From positions 10,232 to 74,231 of the forward strand of contig JAQBPM010000300.1 in assembly GCA_028287525.1 (NCBI GenBank): a stretch of 64,000 nucleotides of DNA. Reading direction: 5' to 3'. Shown here piece by piece: positions 36,947-47,704 of this stretch (position 1 is its first letter; each line of letters begins with the position of its first letter). The position numbers were made by a program, and so were the translations under genes. Origin of the DNA: Vulcanimicrobiota bacterium (GTDB lineage Bacteria > Vulcanimicrobiota > Vulcanimicrobiia > Vulcanimicrobiales > Vulcanimicrobiaceae). Under the pieces are notes generated by a model. It had not been told where the DNA came from and made no database searches. It saw only the letters and a list, made by a program, of their open reading frames with translations.

Positions 36947-37496
36947 CAACGTCACTTCGTCCGCTATGTCGCAAGCTCTGTGTCGAACTTCTCGCACCCG
37001 GGCGAGCGCGCACGTGCACGCGAATTAGTGATAGAACGCGTCGTCGCGAAGTCCGCTAAATCGCACTTCTGTGGGGGTTTTCCGCGTCAGACGAACGGCC
37101 CCGACTGCTTGCCGGTGATGCGCTGCCAGATCCAGATCGGGATCAAGATCAGCAGGTAGCCGATCTGCGCGAAGATGCTCATTCGACCACTTCCTGTTCC
37201 ACGTGAGTCGTGCCGCGAGGACCGCGACGGCGCGCTTTCGGAGCCGGTCGCGTCTTGCGATTCGCCTCGCGCTGCGCGCGTTGTTCGCTCGTCTCAGCCG
37301 CCGGCGCCGTCGCTGCGGCGAGGATCGCCGGCGTAGCGCGCGGCGGTTGGAGGAGACGCTCGTAGTCGTCCGAGCGTTCCGACTGCCTCGGCGCGCGTCG
37401 TCGCATCGGCGACCTCCGGAAATGAAAACGGCCGCGAGCGATGCTCAGCGGGCCGAAATGTTTACGCGGCTACCTCCGCGGTACCCGCACATTTTC

Positions 37497-38285
37497 TCAC
37501 GCGACGTCGCGATCGGTCAAGGGCGGATGCGCGGCCTCGAGGCTTTCGTCGATGAGGCGATCGATCGTCAGCCGCTCCGGAGGATCTTCGGCGATCGCAT
37601 CAGCAACGGCGGGATCGAAGATACCCGACTCCGCGGAGCGCTGCAGCGACTCCATGACCTGCAGCTTCGTCATCCCGGTCTTCGCCATGATGCCACCGAC
37701 GGCATCGAGCAGCTCGCCGTTCGACGCGCTCTCGTCGGCGTCGAGCGTGGCCTTCGCCTCTTCGGTGACGCGGCCGGCGACGACGGCCGGGCGGGGCTTC
37801 TTCTCGAGCCCGCTGGTCGCGAGTGCGTGATTGATCTGAGCCAACGGCTTCCCCTCAAGCTTCTTCGCTCGCCCGCTACGATCGTTGCGGCGGCGCCCGT
37901 GGACCTTAGGGCCCCGGATCGCATCGTTCAGCGCGCGCGAGTCTGAGGCGGCCAGTTCGCGCGCGTCGTACTGGGCGAGCATCTCGTCGGGCGTGGCAAC
38001 GTGGTCGTCGACGTCGACGACGCCGTGCCGAAGCTCTACGGTGGCCCCCACGATCCCCGGCTCGACCGCGGCGCCTTCGACGTACTCCCCGAGCTCGTCG
38101 CGATAATAGCGAGCGGCGCGCGCTCCGGCGGAGACCGTCGTCGGCATCTTCGCGATCCGGCGGCCCTGGACCGGATCGATCTCGCCCCCGTCGAGCAGAT
38201 GCGCGAGCCCGCTCGGACCGAGCGCGGCGTGGAGTGCTCGCCGCTGCTCGTCGAAGGGCTGCTCATCTAGGAACCGGTTGGCCAA
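37497..38285 (-). CDS. Hypothetical protein at the early/late boundary
   Basis: TTG at 38285 after AAGGAGG; 262 aa. Confidence 0.6.
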   Translation of the reverse strand: MANRFLDEQPFDEQRRALHAALGPSGLAHLLDGGEIDPVQGRRIAKMPTTVSAGARAARYYRDELGEYVEGAAVEPGIVGATVELRHGVVDVDDHVATPDEMLAQYDARELAASDSRALNDAIRGPKVHGRRRNDRSGRAKKLEGKPLAQINHALATSGLEKKPRPAVVAGRVTEEAKATLDADESASNGELLDAVGGIMAKTGMTKLQVMESLQRSAESGIFDPAVADAIAEDPPERLTIDRLIDESLEAAHPPLTDRDVA

Positions 38286-38622
38286 GTGCTCGCCTCCTTG
38301 AGACGCACGACGAACGCGCGCCGTGTGAAGGCTGCGCGAGTGGGTCCCCGGAGAGGGCGATCCCGGCATCCGGGGTCTACAGGATTCCTTCTCTCCTGGT
38401 ATCGGATCGTCCGCTAGGAATCGTTCGCATCTTCGCCGTAGCGCCAAGCAGGGGCTCGAGTGAGATACCGTCGCGCGGTCAAACGCGACGTAAGGGGTCG
38501 GGCCCAAAGGTGCGCACATACGGCTTGTGGGGGCTTCCCGGCGCACTTACGGCGGCATGGGTCTTTGACCGAGGACTTAGCCGATCGTGGACCGAGCTTC
38601 ACGACGTGGGCCCTGGCCATCG

Positions 38623-39015
38623 CTAGGCGGTGAGCCGGGCCGCCCGCGCCTTCGCCGCCGCACCCTCGGCCCGCGCGAGGTGCGCGATCGAGCCGACGTG
38701 ATTCGCAATCGAGGCGGCGTCGGCGACGACGACGGAGCACGCCACGCAAACCGTCTCGCCGGTCTCGCCACTCCAACCGCGTTCTTCAACGCCGTCGACC
38801 AGGTTGCGCTTTGCTCTCCGATGCGCCGGATGGTAAGCGTTCAGCGACGACACGAATAGCGTCCAGCGTTGGCCGCCGCAGAGTCGCGTAATCGCATCAA
38901 TCAGCAGCGCCTTCAGCGCTTCACTCTCGCGCGGCGGCATACCGGCGGCTGCGTCGGCGGTGCCGAGCTCGCGCATGAAGAGGGTGGCGCGTTTGCGGGT
39001 GGCGCTTTCGGTCAT
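38623..39015 (-). CDS. Hypothetical protein
   Basis: ORF in the minus-strand early operon. Confidence 0.5.
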   Translation of the reverse strand: MTESATRKRATLFMRELGTADAAAGMPPRESEALKALLIDAITRLCGGQRWTLFVSSLNAYHPAHRRAKRNLVDGVEERGWSGETGETVCVACSVVVADAASIANHVGSIAHLARAEGAAAKARAARLTA

Positions 39016-39372
39016 CGTCGCACGTCTCGCCGATTCGCCCTGCGTGCGCGCCTGCGCCATACTGTTGAGATACGGCGGCCCGTCGCCGACATCTTGAACT
39101 CAGCGCGCTCGATCGCGCCGGGATGATCGAGGCGATACAGCGTCGTCGTGCAGGTGACCGGGATGCCAAACGTGTGGCGCTCCCCGCACGCCTCGCAAGG
39201 ATCGTAGCGGTTCATTGCGCCGCCCGTTCCAACGCCGTCCGCACAACGCCGATCCACGTCCAGACGCAGGTCCCTTTCACGTACGCCTCGTCGTGAAGCC
39301 CGTGCTTCGCTGCCGACCTCTGGCAACTCGTGCAGATCACGTTATCGAACTGCTTGCGTACCTGCGCTTCGG

Positions 39373-40950
39373 TCAGCACGTCGTCCCCTCCGGCTCTTGC
39401 TGAGCAGTGAGCGCGGCGGCGGCGCCCGAATCGCGCCAATACCCATCGCATCGGTTTCTCGCCCAGAGGGCCCGATGTACGATACACCACTCGGTGTTTA
39501 CGCCCCCGTGGTTACAGGGCGCTTTCCTCGTAGGCTCAGCGGCGTGACGCATCGCGTCCGCGTAGCCCTCGTTGTAAAGGGCTCGCTCACGGTCATCATG
39601 TGGGACAACGAAAGAATCCACCTCGGCGCTGGCCGGTGGTACAACCACCGAAAGAGCGGCCTTCAAGACGGCGCGCATTTGCGTGAAGTCGAGGTAACAC
39701 GTCCCGGACCACGGGCCGTGCTTCTTGCGATATTCGACATCGGCGTGGGTGCAGGGGTCCGGGCAGGACCCGAGCGGGACGGTCGCGCCAAGCGCCGCAT
39801 AAGTCATTCGGTCGATCTCGTCGTCGTCGTCCGGCTTCGTCTGCGCGCCCTCGCGAGCGGCAATCCACGCGGAGCGCATCGCGTCGTCCACGTTTGACTC
39901 GAAGCAGTAAGCGCCGCCGTCATCCCCTTCGTCCTCTAGCCACGCCTCGAACGTCTTCCAACGCCCCGCAGTCGCGGGAGCAGGCACCGAGCCCAAGCAC
40001 TCGATATTGCCTTCCGGGTCTACGGTATGCGTGCCGCTGCACCAGCCTTCGTGGACAGCGATCTTCACGCAGCAGTGTGCGGGAGCAGGCACCCCTTCAA
40101 TGACGGGGGGTTGGGCGGGCATCTGATCTGCGCCGCAATGCAGACAGACGACCGTGGGACCCCTGGTGCCGATGGCTCTATGCCTGCACTCGTTCGGCGG
40201 AATTGCGTAGGCCCGAGACGTGAAGCGACGGCACTCCATATTACCCTGCTTCTCGCAAGCGCCAGGCTTGCATGAGCACCACGTCAAGGCCGCGCCACGG
40301 GTAATCGCGTCCTGCGTCACCTCGGAGGGGCGTGCAGGTGCGGTCCGGGAGAGCGCGGCCCGAAGCTTCTCGCCAGCGTAACTCGTAGCGATGAAGTCGG
40401 ACGACAACGCTTCCGTGATAGCTGCTTCGAGCGCCGCGATCAACTCGTCCGTCGCCTCCGGTGTCGGCGCATCCGCCTTCTCTCCGACGTTTCGTGCGTG
40501 CCATGCGAACGATTCGGCGTAGTACGTCCCGCCGGTTTCCCAGAGAGGGATCGGCGTGTCGTCGGGGAGGATGATGAACACGCATCGCCGCCCCTCGTAC
40601 TCGCACGATCCGACGCCGATTCCGGCTTCGTGGATACCCGGTCGGTTGTACCCGAGCACGTTGATGCCGCGAGCTGCGGCCTTCTCGTGAACCGTCGGTG
40701 TCGGCGCATCCGGCGCCGTGGCCCGTGCATAGTACGGACGACCATCGGGAAGGTGGCCCGCCGGTTCGCGCGCACCCGGCGCGGCGGGAGCGGGCGGGCG
40801 GAGTGCGAGCTTGATGGCGTGGCGGAGGACGTACTCGGTCGGCGCGTCGACATAAAAGCTCCTGTCGAGCTGTTGCGCCAAGTCGCGCGAGATTAGAACC
40901 GCGATCTCCTCCCGCTCCCCTGATGGAGTGGGAGACGGCGTGTTGCTCAT
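39373..40950 (-). CDS. Mosaic hypothetical protein (short domains joined by Pro/Ala linkers)
   Basis: 525 aa, repeated DAPTP/VPAPA linkers, Cys clusters, lower GC. Confidence 0.6.
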   Translation of the reverse strand: MSNTPSPTPSGEREEIAVLISRDLAQQLDRSFYVDAPTEYVLRHAIKLALRPPAPAAPGAREPAGHLPDGRPYYARATAPDAPTPTVHEKAAARGINVLGYNRPGIHEAGIGVGSCEYEGRRCVFIILPDDTPIPLWETGGTYYAESFAWHARNVGEKADAPTPEATDELIAALEAAITEALSSDFIATSYAGEKLRAALSRTAPARPSEVTQDAITRGAALTWCSCKPGACEKQGNMECRRFTSRAYAIPPNECRHRAIGTRGPTVVCLHCGADQMPAQPPVIEGVPAPAHCCVKIAVHEGWCSGTHTVDPEGNIECLGSVPAPATAGRWKTFEAWLEDEGDDGGAYCFESNVDDAMRSAWIAAREGAQTKPDDDDEIDRMTYAALGATVPLGSCPDPCTHADVEYRKKHGPWSGTCYLDFTQMRAVLKAALSVVVPPASAEVDSFVVPHDDRERALYNEGYADAMRHAAEPTRKAPCNHGGVNTEWCIVHRALWARNRCDGYWRDSGAAAALTAQQEPEGTTC

Positions 40951-42482
40951 TGCGTGGCCTCGGTTGTCACAAAGATGCCGAGCCGCGCGCCGTTGCCGTC
41001 GCTATCAGCCTCTGCGGTAATGCCGGACCCGTAGCCGGTGAAGCCGACCGTCACCTCGACGGGGCACTCGTCCTTGAGGCCGACCATGGCGCGGCGCAAT
41101 TCGCCCACGGTTAGGATTTCGTTCGTCTCATTCATTGTCAGTTCTCTCCTTCTCCCCCACCTACGGGGGACGGGGGATCGGGTTGGATTTGTTGACTGAC
41201 TGCGCGCGTACCGCGCTTGCCGAGCACAGACGTTGCTGACCTCATACGCTCGGCACTGACGTTGGGCGCAGTTGTGGCACGACGGCTACGCATCGGTAGT
41301 CGCCTCCCAGGACCCCGCGTGTATCGCGCACGGCTCCCATGAACAACAGCACCCATCGCCGAGCGCGCGGCATGTTTCGCCGCATGCGTGAACGGGGCAC
41401 CGATCAGCGCGTACGCGCTCGGTGAGCCACCGTCGCCCGGCTGGCGAAAGCGGCGCGTCGGGAAACAGCGGCAACTCGGTCGCCGCAAACTGCGCGCTCA
41501 CGGTAGGCCCAAGAACGCGTCCGCCATTAGTCGCGCGTCTTCGGTCCGCTCGTCATCTTCGTCGTAGTCGCCGTCCTCTGGACCGGCGTCTTCATCGCAG
41601 TAGCCGTCGCCGTGGTGGTCGCACAACGGGTCCTGCGCGCACGTATCCTCGCCGCAGTCCGCGACCGGAAGCAGATCGTCGCTCACGCCGTCACCCGGGC
41701 CGGCAACTCCACCATGTACGCGCGGCGAAGCACCGGGCGTTCGAGGCTGGCACTGTCTGTGCTCGGTTCGCGATGCAATCGCGGACCAGTCTGATAATCA
41801 GTCACGTCTCGTCGTCTCCGGTAGCAAACAGTCGACACGTTCCGATTCGGTGCTCACGCATACCGAGGTCGTCATGGCCTGGAGGACAGCCGCAGTCCAG
41901 GTCTCCAGTCGGAGCAGGTGCGGGGGTAGCGAGGGAAGATAGCGAGCCCGCCGTTCCGACCATTGCAAGGATGCCGCGCGCGAATACGCAGTCCATCGTG
42001 CCGCTGTTCTGTGCCGCGAGTCGTCGCAGTTCGTCAGCGATCGCGGCGTCTTGTCCGCCCTCCCGCGCTTCCGAGGAGCCACGCAACCGGGATTGCAGTA
42101 GACGTTTCACCGCTCCGTGCGGATCGTCGCCTCCGCTTACACCCGCCGCGAAGATTGCGTCGACAAGCTCGTCCAGGTCCAGCCCGTCTCCCTGCCCCAT
42201 CGACGATGCGGAGGGTTGGGGTTCCGATGAGGTCGCTTCGCTCCCGGCCTTCGGCTCGCTGGGGTTCATGATGACTCCGGTTGCGCGTGATCGGCGTGAA
42301 TCTCGACCCACCAGGACTTTATGCCGGGTTCTTTGTCGAGTTCGACGTGCAGCCACCATCCGGGCGTCTTTCCGCCCTTCGGCCGCGTCTTGTAGACAGG
42401 TTCGTGCGTCACGGTGCCGTGCACGCCGCTGTAGCCGCCGTAGGTCAAGACCACGCGGTCACTCTTTGAGAACGGGGCGACC

Positions 42483-42740
42483 TCAGTCGACAGCATGCTT
42501 CTTCTCCGATCCGGCGGTAGCGCGCCAGCGATGACCAACAACGACCGTCACGGGCTGCGGTTGCATCCCGGCGGCGATGGCAAGTTTCTCGACGATCCAT
42601 GCGTTCATCGAACGCGACCGCTGCCGATTGGAAGGCTCCGCATGGGCGGCCTCCGCGATAGCGCGCCTGACGCCGACCGGCATCCGCACGAGCACGGCAC
42701 ACTCCTCATCTTCTTCGCACTCAGGCGGTGGCTTACGCAC
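42483..42740 (-). CDS. Arc-like ribbon-helix-helix DNA-binding protein
   Basis: LVRMPVGVRRAIAEAA…RSMNAWIVEKL. Confidence 0.7.
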   Translation of the reverse strand: MRKPPPECEEDEECAVLVRMPVGVRRAIAEAAHAEPSNRQRSRSMNAWIVEKLAIAAGMQPQPVTVVVGHRWRATAGSEKKHAVD

Positions 42741-43126
42741 CGATAGGCTCGCTGGGCGCGATCGGTTCGCGGCCGTGGAGGATCAAAACTTCCCGCGCGA
42801 GCGCTATGTCGAGCGGCTCGTCATCGCCGTCCCAATGCGGCGAGTCGCCATTGACCACATCGCATTGCGCCTCCGTCTCGCCCGAATCGTACAGGCCAAC
42901 GAGCACACTCGCTGCATTCAGGAGCCGCTCACCCTCCTCATTAGGCAAAGACGAAGGCTCGGAGCGCGCAGCGCGACCAATCTCCTTCTCCGCATCTTCT
43001 GCTGTAGGGTGAGCGGCCATGAAGGCGTCGAAGGCCGCACAGAACCCGTGATTGCCCACGCGCTCCATCTTGAAGAACGCCTCCCGAAGCCGCCGCGCTG
43101 CTGCTAGGAAGTCGCGAGCCGTCGTG

Positions 43127-43687
43127 TCAGGCATGGTTCTCCTCGGGTTTTGAGCTGCGGGCGATGATGTTGCGAAGACGAACGCGGGAGCGTGGCCCCA
43201 GAATGTGAGCCGCATGGGCAATCGCTTTCACGTCCTCCTCGTCCAGCGTCACCACCGGAGATGCGTGCTTCGGGCAATAGAGGCGCACGTCTCCGCGCGG
43301 TTGCCACGCCACCTCGAACGTCTCGAAGCACCTGGGATAGTCGCACGATACCGCGAAGCATTCGGTCACCACCGGAGATGCGGGGCGGCGGTATCCGGCG
43401 GCAAGGATTGCGTCCGCGATGGCCTGCGAAAGTTTCGCCCGCGCGGCATCTTCGCGACCCTCCCACGGCGGCATGACGCCAGGACGCAGGTCGTAGATTA
43501 ACTCGGCGAGTTCGCCCCGTTCGTCATCGGTCGCCAGGGATGCGGCACCGAGAGCGGCCTCCAACGCATCGGCGAGGTCGTGGGCAATGCGAAACGCTGA
43601 GAGGCGGTTCTCGTGGCGAGGCAACTTTCGCGCTTCTCGAATCAATGCGGCTTCGTCCGCCGCCGTCGTCTCTCGGTCACTCGGCAT
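43127..43687 (-). CDS. Hypothetical phage protein
   Basis: IADAILAAGYRR motif, Cys cluster; one of a run of small coupled ORFs (40947-44178). Confidence 0.55.
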   Translation of the reverse strand: MPSDRETTAADEAALIREARKLPRHENRLSAFRIAHDLADALEAALGAASLATDDERGELAELIYDLRPGVMPPWEGREDAARAKLSQAIADAILAAGYRRPASPVVTECFAVSCDYPRCFETFEVAWQPRGDVRLYCPKHASPVVTLDEEDVKAIAHAAHILGPRSRVRLRNIIARSSKPEENHA

Positions 43688-44177
43688 GATGGACCTCCGC
43701 GTCGGGCACGTCGCCGCGCCTCACGACACCTGGATGCTGCACGCAGAACCCGAACCCGTGACCCGTCAGGCGTGCTAGGTCGCGTTGTGATGGGGCGCGA
43801 TGAGCACCGCACGCGCAGCGATGATCCGTCGAGCACGGGAGCGCGTTGCCGCACTCTTTCCCAGCTTGGCGGCGGTACTTGTTCTTCGGCCCGAAGCGCG
43901 CCCAAACGGGCACGTCGCATTTCACGTCACTCGTTGCCACGGGGCACCTCCTGGGTATCGGGAGAGAGGGCGGCGCGCTCGACAAACACAGCCGTTGGGC
44001 AGAGCACTTCCGTGATGAATACTGGATGCGGAGGGCCACCGTACACGCGCGGGCCCCGTTCCGGCGCAGCCTTGCGATGGTGCTTCGTGTACTGCCTGCC
44101 GCAGTTTTCACAGATCGGGTTGCGCGTCAGCAACGCTTGATCGCTCGGCGGGACCGGGTTGTAGCCGTTGATACGCA

Positions 44178-44930
44178 TCAGGGCAACCCCGCTGCGGCGC
44201 GGACGTGCGCCATCGCGTTGGCCCAGACTTGATCTAACGGGCCACCGTCATCGAGTGAGCCGCCGGTTTTCGTCAGCGCGTCGACCGCCGCGATCCGCTG
44301 CTCCAGCAACCCGGCCAATTCCGGGGCACTACATACCCCTCCAGGACCGTGGGAATCTCTGAATCGAGAGAGTGTGGAGTTGAGTTGAGCGATCAACCCG
44401 AGAAGGGTGGGGACGTCGGTGCGAGCGTGGGCGATGAAGTTGCCGTCTCTGTCGCGGACCTGCTCGGCCATCCATGCTGGCAACTTCCCGTCTTTGCAAA
44501 GTTCGGCGACCGCGTAACCTTGCCCGTCGTTGTCGAAAACAAATGCGCTGTTGAATCTCTTGCCGTCGTACGCCCACGGCCCCGGCGTTGCCGCATCTGC
44601 ACGCGCTTTTATCGCATCGAGGTCCACGTCCCCGACCGAGGGGTGAAGGGCTTGGAAGGCGCCATCCAGCGCGGCAGCGGCGTTTCGTTGCGTGGCGTAT
44701 CGTTCTGTGGCGCGTTCTGGGGTCTCATTGGTGAGCCTCGCATAGAGGCCGCTCAGCGCCTTGGCGATTGGCTCGTCGTTGATCCACGCAACCATTGCCA
44801 GAAGCGCGCCTAACTGGCGATCTTCGTCCGTGAACGGCGAGGGGTGCAGGGTCTCGGCGATCTCGTCGAGTGCAGCGTGGTGGCCGGACTGGGCTTCGAG
44901 GTCTTCGGTGAAGGTGGGTTTGTCGCTCAT
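44178..44930 (-). CDS. Ead/Ea22-like protein
   Basis: LDAIKARADAATPGPW…DGNFIAHARTDVPTLL. Confidence 0.7.
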   Translation of the reverse strand: MSDKPTFTEDLEAQSGHHAALDEIAETLHPSPFTDEDRQLGALLAMVAWINDEPIAKALSGLYARLTNETPERATERYATQRNAAAALDGAFQALHPSVGDVDLDAIKARADAATPGPWAYDGKRFNSAFVFDNDGQGYAVAELCKDGKLPAWMAEQVRDRDGNFIAHARTDVPTLLGLIAQLNSTLSRFRDSHGPGGVCSAPELAGLLEQRIAAVDALTKTGGSLDDGGPLDQVWANAMAHVRAAAGLP

Positions 44931-45141
44931 TCGGTGATCTCCCGAAGATCCTTGATTGCGGTGACGACGGCGATGACGTCGCCGCTCCCCATCGCCTCGC
45001 GCGCCCGCGCCAACGCAGGCTTGATGATCGCGTGCAGCGCGATCTGGGACGGCGGCGGCAACGCCTCGTAGTGCGGGACGATCGCGTTGACGCGCTCGAT
45101 CTCGGCGAGCAGCGCGTCGACGGAGTTGCGGGGGCGGTGGC

Positions 45142-45642
45142 TCAGCACGGTCGATCACTCCTCAGCCACCGCTCAAAGGACTTGTTACAGAGACACGCTT
45201 GACTGCGCTTCTCGCGGAGCGTTGTAATCGCGGCGTCGGCACTCATGCCTTCGAGCATCAGGGCGCGGGCTGCGATGAGACTACTGCGGTTCAACCCTGC
45301 CTGGCAATGCACGAGGACCGGACCGCTCTTCCGGTGCTGGTTCACGAGCGCCGCGAGTTCATCGACTTGGTCGAACGCCTGCTCCGTGCTGTCGTACATC
45401 TCGATCTCGTGCCGCACAGCGCCGTTCGTGATGCGATATTTTTCCCATGGGTACAGCGAGACAACGGCGACAATGAAGTCCGGCAGAACCAAGCCTTCCT
45501 CACAGCCGCCTTGCCACAGGTTCTCTGCGATCTCGCTGATGAATGGGACGTCGAACGGCGTATTGCCGTGTACGGCGATCCCGCTCATGCGGTAGTGGCG
45601 CGGGTCGAAACGTATGTCGATGCGCGTCGGATCTGCGCTCAC
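45142..45642 (-). CDS. Protein tyrosine/dual-specificity phosphatase
   Basis: SEIAENLWQGG; VLVHCQAGLNRS (CX5R). Confidence 0.85.
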   Translation of the reverse strand: MSADPTRIDIRFDPRHYRMSGIAVHGNTPFDVPFISEIAENLWQGGCEEGLVLPDFIVAVVSLYPWEKYRITNGAVRHEIEMYDSTEQAFDQVDELAALVNQHRKSGPVLVHCQAGLNRSSLIAARALMLEGMSADAAITTLREKRSQACLCNKSFERWLRSDRPC

Positions 45643-45865
45643 GGCAGCCACGCTCCAAGCCGCTTCCAGATCGACGGCGGCTTCGCGATCGCGATCGGCT
45701 GCGGGTCCGGCCGTCGCACGTTCTCGTGCTCGCGGTCCTCGGCGCCGGGCGCGATCGCGATGCGGATCGACGGGAGGCACGCGCACGTCCCGGCGCACGT
45801 AGTCAGACCCCGCACGTAGGCGCCGTCGCTGCCGCGCGCGCCGCGGATGACGCTTGCGCGGACGT

Positions 45866-46207
45866 TCACGCGGTCACCGCTTCGAGTTCGCCATATCCGT
45901 TGACGTAGCGCGAGACGTCCGGCTGCTGCTCGGCGCACGAGCGGAGCTTGCGCAGCGCCTTGCCGATGTGTTCCGACTCGCCGATCAGGTCGTCGACGTT
46001 CGCCTTGTCGACGTAGATCGTGATCGCTTCGCCGCCCGGCGCACGCAGGCTGACGCTGTAGCCATCGTGGCGCAGGGTGTCGTCGCGGAATACGGGGCCG
46101 AGCGACGACGCGGCGCCGAGGAAGTCGAAGCCGCCGTGCAGAGAGATCTCGCTTTGCTGCTGGCCCGTGACGGGGTGCTGAGGGGCGAGGCTGATCTTGG
46201 TCTTCAC
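45866..46207 (-). CDS. Hypothetical protein
   Basis: Coupled ORF. Confidence 0.5.
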   Translation of the reverse strand: MKTKISLAPQHPVTGQQQSEISLHGGFDFLGAASSLGPVFRDDTLRHDGYSVSLRAPGGEAITIYVDKANVDDLIGESEHIGKALRKLRSCAEQQPDVSRYVNGYGELEAVTA

Positions 46208-47265
46208 GCCGGCACCAGCGGCAGCGTCGGCTTCGCCTCCCGGTCGACCGCCTCAAGCATCGCTCCATACGCGATCGAGAGAGCCGTCTCAGCCGCCTTG
46301 CGCGCCGTCTTCGCCGCCTCTTCGGTGGCCGAGCGCTTCGCGAGTTCGGTCAGGCAGCGATGCACCTCGGCAGCGCACTCCGCTGGCGTGCGGATCTTCA
46401 GTTGCGGCGGCTTCGTGCCGCTCTTGACGATCGCGGGAACGGAGTCGACCGTTCGGGCCTTTTCGACGTCGAGCCGCGCGACGATCTGCTCTTCGAGTCC
46501 GTCGAGGACCTCATCCTCGGTTTTTCCGCGCTGGATCATGTCGGGCCAACGCTCGGTCGTGACGACATAGGCCCCGCTCTTGAGCTGCTGGACGACGACC
46601 TGGTACTCCGCGCCGTTGACCGGGATGGAGATGCTCTCCGCGCTGACGATCGGGTCGTCGGCGCTCAGCGCTTCGCCGATTCGGACGGCGATCGTTTCGA
46701 GCGCCTTGTCCTGGTCGTCGTCTCCGGTGCCGTCGAACGTGATCTGGGGCAAGGTGGCTACGCGCAGGTCGAAGCGGCCGCTCTTGTAGTCGCGCTGGAT
46801 GACCTCGTAGATCGTGCCGTTGACGTCGACTTCGAGGTTGAACTCGATGATGACGGTATCGTTCTCGCGCGCCTTCGCTTCGCGCGCCGCGGCGATCAGC
46901 CGATCGCGCGCCGCGGCGAGCGCGATCTCCTCGGTGTCACCGTATGCCGAGACGGTCTGGCCGCCGATCGGGACGAGGACCTCGAAGCCGCCGTCCGGGA
47001 TCGCGTGCAGGGTGACGGGCGTCGTCGTGCCGTCGATCTCGATGGTGCGTTCGTCGGCTGTTGCGACCGGCGGCCGCTGCGACTCGGCGAGGTAATCCCA
47101 GCCGTCTTGCCACGCCTTGATCTCGCGCGGCACGTCGCCCAGGCCGTGGTCGTCGCGCGTCTTGCCGTTGCACGCGGCGGTGAAGCCCGTGCGGAAGGCG
47201 GCGAGCATGATCGGGGACTTGTGGCCGCGCGGCTTCGCGGCGAGGTTGAGTTCTTTGTCGGTCAT
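46204..47265 (-). CDS. Multidomain protein: Rmf/CrpP-like N-terminus, three HicB-like repeats, coiled coil
   Basis: AFRTGFTA…G…AWQDGWD; GGFEV…SAYGDTEEIAL; SGRFDL…LPQITFDG…DKAL; SGAYVV…WPDMIQRGKTEDEVL. Confidence 0.55.
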   Translation of the reverse strand: MTDKELNLAAKPRGHKSPIMLAAFRTGFTAACNGKTRDDHGLGDVPREIKAWQDGWDYLAESQRPPVATADERTIEIDGTTTPVTLHAIPDGGFEVLVPIGGQTVSAYGDTEEIALAAARDRLIAAAREAKARENDTVIIEFNLEVDVNGTIYEVIQRDYKSGRFDLRVATLPQITFDGTGDDDQDKALETIAVRIGEALSADDPIVSAESISIPVNGAEYQVVVQQLKSGAYVVTTERWPDMIQRGKTEDEVLDGLEEQIVARLDVEKARTVDSVPAIVKSGTKPPQLKIRTPAECAAEVHRCLTELAKRSATEEAAKTARKAAETALSIAYGAMLEAVDREAKPTLPLVPA

Positions 47266-47269
47266 GGCC

Positions 47270-47704
47270 TCAGCTTTCTGTTGCGAGTTCGATCTCGATC
47301 ACCGCGTGCGGCGGCGTGTCGATCGCGTAGCGTTTGTAAATGTGCGAATCCACGATCCGCGAGTCGTCGGTGAAGATCAATCCGGTGAGCGCGTCCTCGA
47401 CGTTGCGTCCGAGCTTCCCGGCATCGGGACGGCTCGTCGGAAGCGTGATGCGCTTGGGCAGCGACTTGGGTCGTGGTAGGTAGAATCGCGCCCACATGAC
47501 GACCGGGCCGTCGAGCGGCGGTGGTGATCCGTTGGCGGCGATCCATGCGCGCGCTGCGGATGCGACCGCTTCGCGCCAGGACTTGAAGCGCTCGTACGCC
47601 TCGGATGAGCGGCCTTCGCGCATGACGGCGCGTCCGTTGACGACGAAGGCGGACTTGTTGCCTTGCGGGATGGCGATGCCGTAGACGATGATGCGGCGGG
47701 TCAT
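47270..47704 (-). CDS. rusA: RusA-like Holliday junction resolvase
   Basis: PQGNK, FYLPRPKS, RPDAGKLGRNVEDALTG…DDSRIV. Confidence 0.9.
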   Translation of the reverse strand: MTRRIIVYGIAIPQGNKSAFVVNGRAVMREGRSSEAYERFKSWREAVASAARAWIAANGSPPPLDGPVVMWARFYLPRPKSLPKRITLPTSRPDAGKLGRNVEDALTGLIFTDDSRIVDSHIYKRYAIDTPPHAVIEIELATES

